From Octopus vulgaris (Eukaryota), in assembly GCA_951406725.2 (NCBI GenBank), contig OX597814.1, positions 28,768,001 to 28,832,000 on the forward strand: 64,000 nt of DNA, written 5' to 3'. The notes below the pieces were generated by a model that was given only the letters and a program-made list of their open reading frames with translations, was not told the DNA's origin and made no database searches. Numbering within the stretch: position 1 is the stretch's first letter; every line of letters starts with the position of its first letter. A program made the position numbers and the translations under genes. This document shows, one piece after another, positions 51,658 to 64,000 of this stretch.

Positions 51658-51690
<33 letters not shown>

Positions 51691-51837
51691 TTAAACACAC
51701 ACACATATATATATATAGGTTTCAAAGAGAAAAGAGACTACATGTGGTATAAACGGGAAATGTAAAATGAAAAAAGAGAAAATGCATATTGAATATAAAA
51801 AATAAAGGCTTTTTAATGAAAAGTAAAGGTATATCTA

Positions 51838-51910
<73 letters not shown>

Positions 51911-51926
51911 TAGTATTATTAGTAGG

Positions 51927-51965
<39 letters not shown>

Positions 51966-52006
51966 CAAAAATAAGCAACAAGAATGACTCCGGTAATTTG
52001 GTACAA

Positions 52007-52099
<93 letters not shown>

Positions 52100-52160
52100 A
52101 TTAGATGAACTGAGGTAGAATTAAGAGGTATAAAAGTCATGAATTATGAAAGAGATTCAG

Positions 52161-52242
<82 letters not shown>

Positions 52243-52419
52243 GTCTGTATGTTTATATATGCATATATGTACACACACACACACACACTCACACACTCAC
52301 ACACACATATATAAAATCCTACATACATACATACTTATATATATTTGGGTGTATGAAAAGGAAAAGTATCAAAAATATGTCGGGTGTCCCCTTATGTTTT
52401 TGGGGCAATTCTGACAATT

Positions 52420-54150
52420 CCTTCTGTGTAAAAAAAAAATGGTAATGAGTATCTTGATGTACTTATCGCTATAGATCATTCCCACAGAACAGGTATTTAT
52501 GAATTAATCGTATTTGAACATTTCGGAGATACTTAGACGGAAACCAGTTCTGTCGGGATAGGACGGCGCAGACTCTTGCAGCTCAATGACGTCATATTTA
52601 TGGTTTCAACATTGAAACATATAGGATAACCTTAACAGGGCTACTAAATGAATTCAAACTGTAAATCACAATGAGTACCAAATTGATGATCTTCAAGTTT
52701 TAATTATTATGTTTTACTTACTCACAGGCAAGCACTACTCGTGTAAAAAGTTAATTGAAGATATATTTATTATACAACAGTGAAATCTCCGATGATCTCC
52801 CTACAATCATTACAAGCCCGCGTCAGTATTATTAGTGGGTTATTTTTTTTTAATCTTTCACCCGATATAAATATTTGATCCCTTTATAGATTATAACAGT
52901 GAAATCTCCGATGATCTCCCTACAATCATTACAAGCCCTCGTCAGTATTATTAGTAGGATATTTTTCAAATCTTTCACCTGATATAAATATTTGATCCCT
53001 CTGTAGATTATAACAGGAATGCACTGAGAAGAAAAAGAAATATGTTAGAATATATTAAGCAATGCTCAATGAGTTATAAAACAATCAAACGTAGGTCAAC
53101 TTTTTGCACGGGTCAAATATATCTAGAAATTTCTTGTCAAAGATAAAACACATTTCGCTGTTAGACATATATACGGATATCCTCTGTAATAGGAACAATG
53201 TAAAACATATATAGTTAAACAAAAAGCATCACAAATTGAATAGCCCGATGCAACTGAAATAGCACTTAGAATAATCATTGAGTACAAAATGCAATTTCAA
53301 TAATGCAACTTCGTTTTCACTCAAGGTGGAATACGCGTAAAGAAACTTGTGCATATTCACAAAATATTATTCACTTATTTTATTGTAAATAGCGATACAT
53401 TAAAAGCATGCATACACATTAAGCTCACTCTTTCAGATGTAGAGATAAAATACATTCTATTTTTCTGACCCAGCATGTCTAGAAAATGAAAGAGAATGGA
53501 AATGAAATCATTTTCATGATTGGCATTGTTCTTTTCAAAATAGATTATAAATCCAAGATATCGGCTAATTATTAAACGTACCGTCATCAGATGCATACGT
53601 AGTAGTATTTGGGAGGGGAATTCATCGTTGCAAAATTTCTCCAGTCTTGTAAATTATTGAACTATTTATATTAGTTTCCAGTTCCTTAGCGAATAACAAT
53701 TTTTCAATAATCTGGATTTGTATTGAGAAATGCGCATAAACAAAGAATAAAGCTGCATTTCCATGCAATGTCTCATCATCAAGTTGTAAACAAAATTCAG
53801 TTGTTTTTAGTCATCGTAAATTCTGCTTCCGCTGTCATTTGCTTCTTTGTCAACTCCAGCTAAGATTGAATTACTGCTGAGTAGAAACGAAGAAATTACT
53901 GTTACAGTTGACAGCAGAGTAACATTATGAGGCTTCCTTCATTTAACAGCAAGCCTTGAAATTTCATAAAATGCAATAGGCTTCTACTCTATTGCTTTGT
54001 ACTTTCTAAATAGCTTTTTTTTATTGCTGAAAGATTTTCAAAGTTAATTTTTAAATCACAAAATTAACTTAAATCCTTATTGCTTTGTTTTCAAGTGCTC
54101 AATCTTTTCCAAGGATTTCTGTTATAATTTTTATTCTATTTTTCATTATT
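52420..54150 (-). mobile_element. Heavily decayed hAT transposase (Buster/Charlie, ZBED5/SCAND3-like)
   Basis: Minus strand, about 53980-53530: AFYEISRLAVK*RKPH...TEFCLQLDDETLHGNAALFFVYAHF...EKLLFAKELETN...IPL.N...ASD...IISRYLGF (cf. FALQLDES...LL.YVRF...EELLF...TDGA.AM.G...GF). TIRs not found; ends approximate. Confidence 0.65.
52776..53016. repeat. Tandem duplication, 119-bp period
   Basis: aacagtgaaatctccgatgatctccctacaatc... at 52776 and 52895; aacag microhomology at the junctions. Confidence 0.9.
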
Positions 54151-54923
54151 TAAAAATAAAAATTTTAAAGCAAATTAAACAGATAGATAATTTGTTGATT
54201 AATAGTGCATGAAATGACGCCATTATTTCAAATAATCAACTGAATGTTACAGATATTTTCATTTATATTTATCTTTTATAGGTTTCAAAAATCGATAGTG
54301 ACTGAATAAAATGAAAATGAAAACATATTTATAGAAAATTAATACTGTATTAATAATAAAATTTATTACGTAGGAATAGTATTTACGAAAGAGGTAAAAA
54401 TACAAAAAAAAGTGGATGCAATAAATCAAAACATTATGTATTTTATTTTAATGTTAATTTATATTCATTCAAAGTGTGATTGTAACTAATTTAGATCTAA
54501 AAAACATAAATTGTGTGCATTATACCTTGACAAATCAGTCATTTTCTGCTCACTGATAATACAATGTCACTCATTCTAATCCCAATAAAAATTTCCTTTT
54601 GAAAATGTGTTTAAAAAAAATTATTATTCTACCAATTTTAAATATTTTATTTCTAAGAGAAAAAAAATCACGTTATCTTCAAAGAAATATTTAAAAACGC
54701 AAAAAAAAAAATGTGCTTGCTATATATATATTTTTTTTCTGTTTAGACTGACTTATATGATGTTAAGAATAATAAATATAAGTTGCTGCATCATAGTAAA
54801 TATAGGAAAGCTAACTGATAAGTACTACGACATCAATGATGAGATCAAACTCTTTTGTAAACGATATTAAAATTGATAAATTTAGTTAAAAGGGAAACTT
54901 TTATAATTTACACGATCACAAAA

Positions 54924-55098
54924 TAGGCGCAGGAGTGGCTGTGTGGTAAGTAGCTTGCTAACCAACCACATGGCTCCGGGTTCAGTCCCACTGCGTGGCA
55001 TCTTGGGCAAGTGTCTTCTGCTATAGCCCCGGGCCGACCAATGCCTTGTGAGTGGATTTGGTAGACGGAAACTGAAAGAAGCGCCTGTCGTATATATG

Positions 55099-55137
<39 letters not shown>

Positions 55138-55352
55138 ATGTGTGTGTGTTTGTGTGTTTGTCCCCCTAGCATTGCTTGACAACCGATGCTGGTGTGTTTA
55201 CGTCCCCGTCACTTAGCGGTTCGGCAAAAGAGACCGATAGAATAAGTACTGGGCTTACAAAGAATAAGTCCCGGGGTCGATTTGCTCGACTAAAGACGGT
55301 GCTCCAGCATGGCCGCAGTCAAATGACTGAAACAAGTAAAGAAAGAAAGAAA
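54924..55352 (+). mobile_element. SINE family B, full length, young
   Basis: Intact head, internal microsatellite, (aaag)n tail. Confidence 0.9.
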
Positions 55353-55436
55353 ACCATATTTTGCAAATGAGCCCACCAGTCAGTTTATTAAGGGCAGATA
55401 TAGATTTAGTAGCAGAAAAAAAATATTAAGAAATAT

Positions 55437-55885
55437 TTGTTTCAAATTTTGGCACAAGGTCAAGAATTACGAAGGAGCGGGTAAATCGATTGTATCAACC
55501 CAGTTCTCAACCTGTATTTATTTTAACTACCCCGAAAGAATGAAAGGCAAAGTTGACCTCGGCGGAATTTGAACTCAGAGCGTAAAAACGGAGAAAATGC
55601 TGCTAAGCATTTCGTCCGGCGAGCTAGCGATTCTACCAGCTCATCGTCTTAATATTAAGAAGCATTGATTTCAAATTATGACACTGGGCCAGAAGTTTCG
55701 GGTGAGGAGGTAAGTTGATTACATCGACCACAGTAGTCAACTGGTACTTATTTTACCGACACCGAAAGGATAAAAGGCAATGTTGACCTCGACGGAATTT
55801 GAACTCAGACCGTAAAGACAGACGAAATGCTGCTAAGCATTTTGCCTTGTGTGCTAACTGTTCAGCTTGCTCACCGCCTTAATAT
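55437..55885 (-). mobile_element. Two tandem SINE A-like copies
   Basis: aatattaagaa occurs before, between and after the two units. Confidence 0.8.
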
Positions 55886-55982
55886 TAAGAAAATATAAAT
55901 AATAGGAAAATTACACAACTGCAACGGTGGGAATCAAGCAGCACAATTCGTTGCTATTTGGCAACTGGATGAATCTAGAGAT

Positions 55983-56310
55983 ACTCTTTTACTCTTTCAC
56001 TTGTTTCAGTCACTTGAATGCGGCCATGTTGGAGCACCGCCTTTAGTCGAAGAAATCAACCCCAGGACTTATTCTTTGTAAGCCTAGTACTTATTCTATC
56101 GGTCTCTCTTGTGCCGAACCGCATAGTTACGGGGACGTAAACACACCAGCATCGGTTGTGAAGCGATGTTGACACACACACACACACATATATATATACA
56201 TATATACGACGGGCTTCTTTCAGTTTCCGTCTACCAAATCCACTCACAAGGCCTTGATCGGCCCGAGGCTATAGTAGAAGACACTTACCACACAGCCACT
56301 CCTGCGCCTG
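55983..56310 (-). mobile_element. SINE family B with internal deletions
   Basis: Family B match. Confidence 0.85.
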
Positions 56311-56537
56311 CTCATACAGTTTGGAATTGTGAACTTTTACTCCTCGATAGCGAGATTGTTGCTAAATATAACAATTGAATTCATCAGAAAATACATCGAC
56401 ATTGATCGAACAGAAACAGAGTTATCCATACATGCACATTAAACCCTCTTTTTTAGTAAGGGTTCAGCATGAGTCAAGAAATCCGAAACGAACAAATAGA
56501 TGAGCTCATATAACAGCGCAATATATGAGCATATATG

Positions 56538-56846
56538 AGCGCAATGGCCCAGTGTTTAGGGCAGCGGACTCACGGTTGTAGGATCGCGGTTTCGATTCCC
56601 AGACCGGGCGTTGTGAGTGCTTATTGAGCAAAAACACCTAAAGCTCTACGAGGCTCCGGTAGGGGATGGTGGTGATCCCTGCCGTACTCTTTCGCCACAA
56701 CTTTCTCTCACTCTTTCTTCTGTTGGCCTGCTCGCTTAGCCAGGGGCATGGCGTCATTTGAAGGCTAAAACAATGTGAAGCGCATTGTGACCAGCGATGT
56801 GTAGCAACATCAGATAGTCTGGTTGGTCACGGTGATCACGGTGATC
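56538..56846 (+). mobile_element. SINE with family C head and an alternative tail
   Basis: gcgcaatggcccagtg...ctttctctcactct shared with family C, then a different 3' part ending (cacggtgat)2. Confidence 0.85.
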
Positions 56847-57307
56847 TTAGAAACCAAGTTCCCTTCTCATTGGTATAAACCAATGAGAAGGAGACATGAG
56901 AACCGAGACAATGGATTAGACAAATCATACGGTTGTGATGATCTTACACGAGATACCTTTAGGAAAAACCTTATATCCGTGTTTAGTAGTTTAGGTCTCG
57001 AAAGCTCTGTAGAAGGATCAAGACCCTGCATTAATGGGTCAAAATAGCGTACATAGCTGAAACGACACATTTGTATTAGATCGAAGAACTTCATTGACAA
57101 TCTAAACTTATGATTAAAACTTTTTACAAACTGTATGCATCTCAATAATTTTCTGTAACATCATTTGTACAGAACTGGCTGTTGTTAAAGGTGTCAGCAA
57201 GATTGTCCTTGCTCATCAAAAGATGTGTAAACAAGAAACTCGGAGCAATGCTATATAAAGTTTTCAGCATTCAATAAACTTTTATACATACATACATACA
57301 TACATAC

Positions 57308-57858
57308 ATGGTGGCTGCCCCCTCGTCATCGAGTATGGTTATTGCACGAAGCTTAATCAATGTTGTTATCGTGCAATGCCTGTGCAAGAAGATTTTTTTT
57401 AAAGTGAGGAAAGGCTGTGCACTGAGTCAATCCCACTCACTAAGCAACAGCAGCCATAATCCGAAAAGAAGAAGTCAACATCATCGGTAACCACTGAGCC
57501 GCAGGTTTTATGTCGGAGTTATCCCAGTTACCTGAGTTACCTTCTCCTAGAAGGATGCCCTAACAAAGGCTAGGGGTCCTTCACTTCCAATGGTTTAACC
57601 GCGCGATCGGGTATTCAGTCGGATTATTTCTATGTCCCCGCGCATGATACAGCCCTAAGACATTTATTGGATGGCCGTTGACTCTCAAGAGTTCCTCCGC
57701 CCGTTGACGGGTTTTGTTTTTCATCCTGCAGGGTGTCCAATAAACCCCCTCCTCACCAAGCAAGCTTGGTGGGGTTGCCGGTTTAGTGGTCGACGACCCG
57801 ACCATGCAACAGGTTGTACTGGGTTACATGTTACCAGTAGCACTTGAAAGTGACCTGA
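57308..57858 (-). mobile_element. Non-coding ~550 bp element, probably a bipartite RTE derivative
   Basis: (TACA)n on both flanks; minus-strand 3' end gcaataaccatactcgatgacgagggggcagccaccatg(tatg)n resembles RTE tails; no tRNA head, no ORF. Confidence 0.55.
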
Positions 57859-57942
57859 CATACATACATACATACATACATACATACATACATACATACA
57901 TACATACATACATACATACATACATACATACATACATACATT

Positions 57943-58196
57943 GCCTTCGAACGCGGAGTAGATGAAACAGAGACAACTGAAGAAGGGGAATATTCTTTAT
58001 GTTGCATGTCTCGTTTCTCCGTTTTTTTGGTTTTTCGAAAAAAACTTCGTTTCTATGTTTTTGCTTTTATGTTTTCGTTTCTCATTGTTCAACGTTTTTT
58101 TTTATGTCCTGTACCCATATAGGCATGTATATATACATATATATGTAGGTATGTACATATATGTATGCATGCATATATTTATATAGTATTTATATT

Positions 58197-58228
<32 letters not shown>

Positions 58229-58641
58229 CATACATACATACATACATACATACATACATGTACCCATACATACATTGATACACACGTATGTGAGCACGAG
58301 GGTGCAGGAAGTTTGTTTCGCAATAACGAAAACTTGCCTTCGGTTCTGCTGATTGGCATTATTGGCAAGCATCGTTTTCTATAACCGTGGGTTGATCTCT
58401 ATCCTGTGAATAAAATTAGGTAGACTTAATCTGCATGGAAGCCAATCGGATTGATTATACCTATAGTCTAAAAGCTGAGCCTTGTTTCACGTCGATATCG
58501 TCTGAGAATTACATTAAGATTTTACGTGGTGTACATGTCTGTTGAATACTCAGTCAATTATCCGCTATTTCAAGGAATATACTTGCTCACTTAATCGTAA
58601 GACTGAATACTCATGACCGGAATCCTGACACCCCATACCAA

Positions 58642-58695
<54 letters not shown>

Positions 58696-59039
58696 TAAAT
58701 AAAACATATGCATATATATAAACATATATGTACGTACCTACCTCTACATGTACATATACACGCATATATGAGTACAGGACACCAAAAAGACGTCGAACAC
58801 AATGAGAAACGAAAACATAGACACAAACCCAAGGAACTGGACATTTTTTTAAACAACAAAAAAAATTTTAAAAATAGAGTACAGGACAATTAACACAAAG
58901 AAAAAAAACTTTTCTTCAGTCGCTATGGTTTCATCTACTCTACGTTTCGAAGGTGAAAGCGAGACGTATCTTCGACAAGAAACTTTCCTTCCTGCGAAAA
59001 GCAAATAAATTAAAATTTTGAGATCTTTTCGCAGAGGGG

Positions 59040-59040
<1 letters not shown>
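57943..59040. mobile_element. Two inverted copies of a PLE-type terminal module (57943-58190 and 58692-58960)
   Basis: ccttcgaa..cg.gagtagatgaaac...ctgaagaa...gttttcgtttctcattg...tcctgtac.catat in opposite orientations, each next to microsatellites. Confidence 0.55.
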
Positions 59041-59094
<54 letters not shown>

Positions 59095-59214
59095 GAGAAT
59101 TCACGAAAAAACAAAAGACGAAGGCAGGTGGTGTAGAAAACAAACAGATGTTTTAGTATAACGCTCGACATATATATATATATATATATATATACATAGT
59201 ATTTATGTGTGAAT

Positions 59215-59670
59215 GTCTTTGTGTCTGTTTGTCCACCCACCATCGCTTGAAAGCCCATGGGGTGTTTACGTGCCCGTAACTTAGGGGTCCGGCCAAAGAG
59301 GGAGAATAAGTAATAGGCTTACAAAGAATAAGTCCTGGGATCGATTTTTTTCGACTAAAACCTTTTAAGACGGTGCTCTAGCATGGCTGCAGTCAAACGA
59401 CTGAAACATATGAAAGAATAAAAGAATACACACACATTACTCTTTTATTCTCTTTTACTTGTTTCAATCATTTGACTGTGGCCATGTTGGAGTACCACGT
59501 TTAGTCGAGCAAATCGACCCCAGGACTTATTCTTTGTAAGCCTAGTACTTATTCTATCGTTCTCTTTTGCCGAACCGCTAAGTTACGGGGACGTAAACAC
59601 ACCAGCATCGGTTGTCAAGCGATGTTGCGGGGAGAGGGGACAAACACAGACACACAAACACACGCATATA
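59215..59670. mobile_element. Two tail-to-tail SINE family B 3' halves (59215-59425 +, 59440-59670 -)
   Basis: Family B tail sequence in both orientations. Confidence 0.8.
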
Positions 59671-59762
59671 TATATATATATATATGCGTGTGTTTGTGTG
59701 TCGAACCGACAAAAGCCTTGTGAGTGGATTTGATTGACGGAAACTGAAAGAATCCCGTCGTA

Positions 59763-60919
<1,157 letters not shown>

Positions 60920-61409
60920 CTTTCACTTGTTCCTTTCTTTGGACTACAGCTATGCTGGGTCACCGCCTGGAAGTATTTAGTCGAACAATTTGACCATAAT
61001 ACCCATCTTTGATAAGCAGGTAGTTATTCTATTGGTATATTATAGGGGTGTAACCTAATCAGTACCTGTTATCAAGCGGTAGAGTGGGGGACAAAGACTC
61101 ACACACACACATACATGCACACACATATGCATATACCATTAAATGCCAAGGGATGTGAAAGGTGAATATATATATTTAGTCACTTGGCATCCATAAGGTT
61201 ACGGCTGTTTCACATCCTTCATCATGTAATAATAATTTCCGTATAATTATGTTTACATGTCTGCACTAATTAATAAAATATTTTTAATGACCATACCAAC
61301 CTAATTTTAGAAGAGCTTTCTGGGATATCCACACGATTCTATGAATCCACATATACATACATATACACACACATGCACACACACATGCACGCACGCACAC
61401 ACACACACA

Positions 61410-61573
61410 CACGCGGGTCTTCTTTCAGTTTCCGTCTTTCAAATCTACTCACACGCTTAGGTCAGTCCTGAACAAGACACTTGCTCAAAGTGCCATGCAG
61501 TGTGACCGAACCCGGAACCATGTTCTTGCATGGAAGCACGTAAAATTCTTACCGTGCAACCACGCCTGCGCCT
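61410..61573 (-). mobile_element. Old SINE family B 5' half (3' half at about 60915-61100)
   Basis: ttctttcagtttccgtc...cacgcctgcgcc. Confidence 0.65.
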
Positions 61574-62434
61574 ATAATTATATTCATTTTTTTTTCAGAA
61601 AGAAAATGAAACAAGTCTACCTCACATGTAAATGATGATGTCATCTACTGGTCTCTCAAATGACTAGAAATAGCTATCAAATCTTATCAAATTTTAACTT
61701 AGTGTCTCGAACAATGATGACCACAATGGATAATGTTTAAGTATATTAGCCAGAATAGTCGTAGCTGGAATACCTTGATTTATAGGTTTCATCATTGGCC
61801 TGTTCAGTCAAGGCTGACCTAGGGTTAAATACAATGACATCAGCAACAAACGACGTGACGTTCAAGCAATCTATACAATATGAAAAAGCAAAATAAATAT
61901 GACACAGTTTGGGAACCGGATATATTCTTTTTATGAAATTTCTATTGTTTGAATACAACATGAAGGTAGCACCACCCTCAAAGTTCACACACTACCATTC
62001 AACACCCAACAACAACATTGGGTGTATAACGTAAAACCCTTGTTCTAATCTCAGTCAGAAAGATTACAAATAATAGCTTTAGTGTGTGAAGTTTAGCTGA
62101 ACGACTAACCTTCGAAGGAAAAGAAAATGGAAGTCTGTCGTGGGAGTTACGTCAGAACGTCGTAATACCGTCTATTGTCAGAAATAATTAATGGAAACAC
62201 GTTGCCTTACTAAATATTTCCCCATTTCTCGTTCATAAATTTAGAAATTTAAGGATCACATTCGATTTTCAAGAGAATAATAATGACAATTACTCCAATT
62301 TTGTTTTATCAAAGGCTTTTAAGTGTCAGTCGTCATTTTCGAATGAGTATAGTTTGGAAACATGTATCATACTTTCGCTATTTGCTTTAAGTGCTAATGT
62401 AAACGCGAGCAAATATGGACATGCTCTAGACTCT

Positions 62435-62748
62435 CTCTTTACGTTCCGAGTTCAAATTCCGCCGAGGTTGACTTTGCCTTTCATCCTTTCGGAGTCGATA
62501 AATTAGGTACCAGTTACGCACTGTCCTTGTTTGTCTCCTCTGTGTGTAGCCCCTTGTGGGTAGTAAAGAAATAGGTATTTCGTATGTCTTTACGTTCTGA
62601 GTTCAAATTCCGCCGAGGTCGACTTTGCTTTTCATCCTTTCGGGGTCGATAAATTAAGTACCAGTTGCGTACTTATGTCGATCTAATCAACTGCCCCTCC
62701 CTCCCTCCCTCAAAATTTCGGGCCTTGTGCCTAGAGTAGAAAAGAATA
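62435..62748 (+). mobile_element. SINE family A/A-like composite with the dimer junction
   Basis: gaaataggtatttcg junction at about 62568-62582. Confidence 0.8.
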
Positions 62749-63765
62749 TAGGGGAAATCCAGAGTCTGGGGTAACTGGAAATGGCTTGCATCGGTAACAA
62801 TTAATCAATTGCAAAATTTGTACAGGAGTTCGATAGGTTCAACTTCACTCCTCATGGCAATTGAATTTATCGAACTACTAATTTTAATATATTTTTATGA
62901 AAGAAATCTCACGTATATTGCTTGTGGCGTTTTAAGATTTCCCGTAAAATATATAAATGAATAATATAAAATAAATATTTAATCAGTTCTCCCTAATGTA
63001 CAGCAATTCCGATATAATTTTCATGTCGTGGTACCATATGGTTAACTAAAATTAAATCCTTATTAGAACGTGTCTTGGAGAATGTACAATTTTGTCTGTC
63101 AATAAGTGAGAATGATGTAGAATTATGTGTAAATTGTTTTTAATTTGTGTCAGACAAGAAAATTATTTTGATTACTCATATTTATCTTAAGACATTGCTT
63201 TTTCAACTCTTCTTAAGTTCTATTTCAGGATATTATTAAATAAAGGTTGCAATAAATTGACGTTGTTATAAGGATTTAAATTTTAAGCTTAGATTAAAAT
63301 AAGACATATATTAGTTTTGTCTTTGAAATTTAATGTTCAAAACACAAATACATACACACACACAAACGGACCAAAATACACATATTTTAATGAGCTGGAA
63401 TCATTTAACTACATTTTGATTTCTTTCTATTATTAGCATATGTCTGCACATTTTGAAAGGGAGAGATTGTAATTAACAGAATCACTCACAATTCTTGATT
63501 GGTACTTATTCTATCGACGCTGAAAGACGGTCCCGTCAGAAGTTGAACTCAGAACATTTCCGTCGGTATGCTAATGGTTTTACCATTGTGCTACTTTCTT
63601 TTAAATATCAAATTATATTCCTTTATTGGAGAAAGCGTAGTTCTTATAGATGAGGTTCTAATTGATAATTATCTTAACAAGACTGATTGATTGAAAAAAA
63701 AAAAACCTTCAGTATGATTCGAACTAAGATCAATACGAATCACATGGCTACTTCTGCCATCAGAA

Positions 63766-63807
<42 letters not shown>

Positions 63808-63838
63808 TTATATTATATATACATATACATATATATAC

Positions 63839-63894
<56 letters not shown>

Positions 63895-64000
63895 TCTCAC
63901 ACACACATATATGTGTATGTGTATGTGTGTGAAATAAATGCATGCTTAAATCTAGGTATACAAATCGGAAATTAAAAATTGGTGTTTGAGGTTAAACTCG

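Overview
This is AT-rich, repeat-saturated, eukaryotic non-coding (intronic or intergenic) DNA. The SINE families and microsatellite load strongly suggest an octopus (coleoid cephalopod) genome; that call is by recognition, not by search. No intact host protein-coding gene is supported, and nearly all ORFs in the track are microsatellite or SINE artefacts. DNA transposons: two full-length but broken mariners (6306-7575, 48356-49636), a decayed DD37D/maT-type element, a decayed Buster/Charlie hAT, two non-autonomous Helitrons and a MITE with internal TTAGGG repeats. Retroelements: fragments of R4/Dong-type RLE LINEs and an RTE LINE, two Penelope-like element (PLE) 3' fragments with GIY-YIG domains, many PLE pseudo-LTR-like modules embedded in (TA)n, and dozens of tRNA-derived SINEs from at least four families. 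Most notable: (i) at least 7 minimal type-I hammerhead ribozyme motifs from several unrelated PLE-type modules; (ii) a Neptune-type PLE whose roughly 3 kb 3' tail is degenerate (CA)n with two GC-rich islands and a terminal hammerhead; (iii) repeated short-range inverted templated insertions (3171/7903, 46191/47793, 20291/20813) plus a 1 kb foldback palindrome (59882-60919); (iv) a SINE that recurs as a head+2x184 bp dimer with an invariant palindromic junction; (v) an apparent hierarchy in which retroelements seed microsatellites that other retroelements then target.
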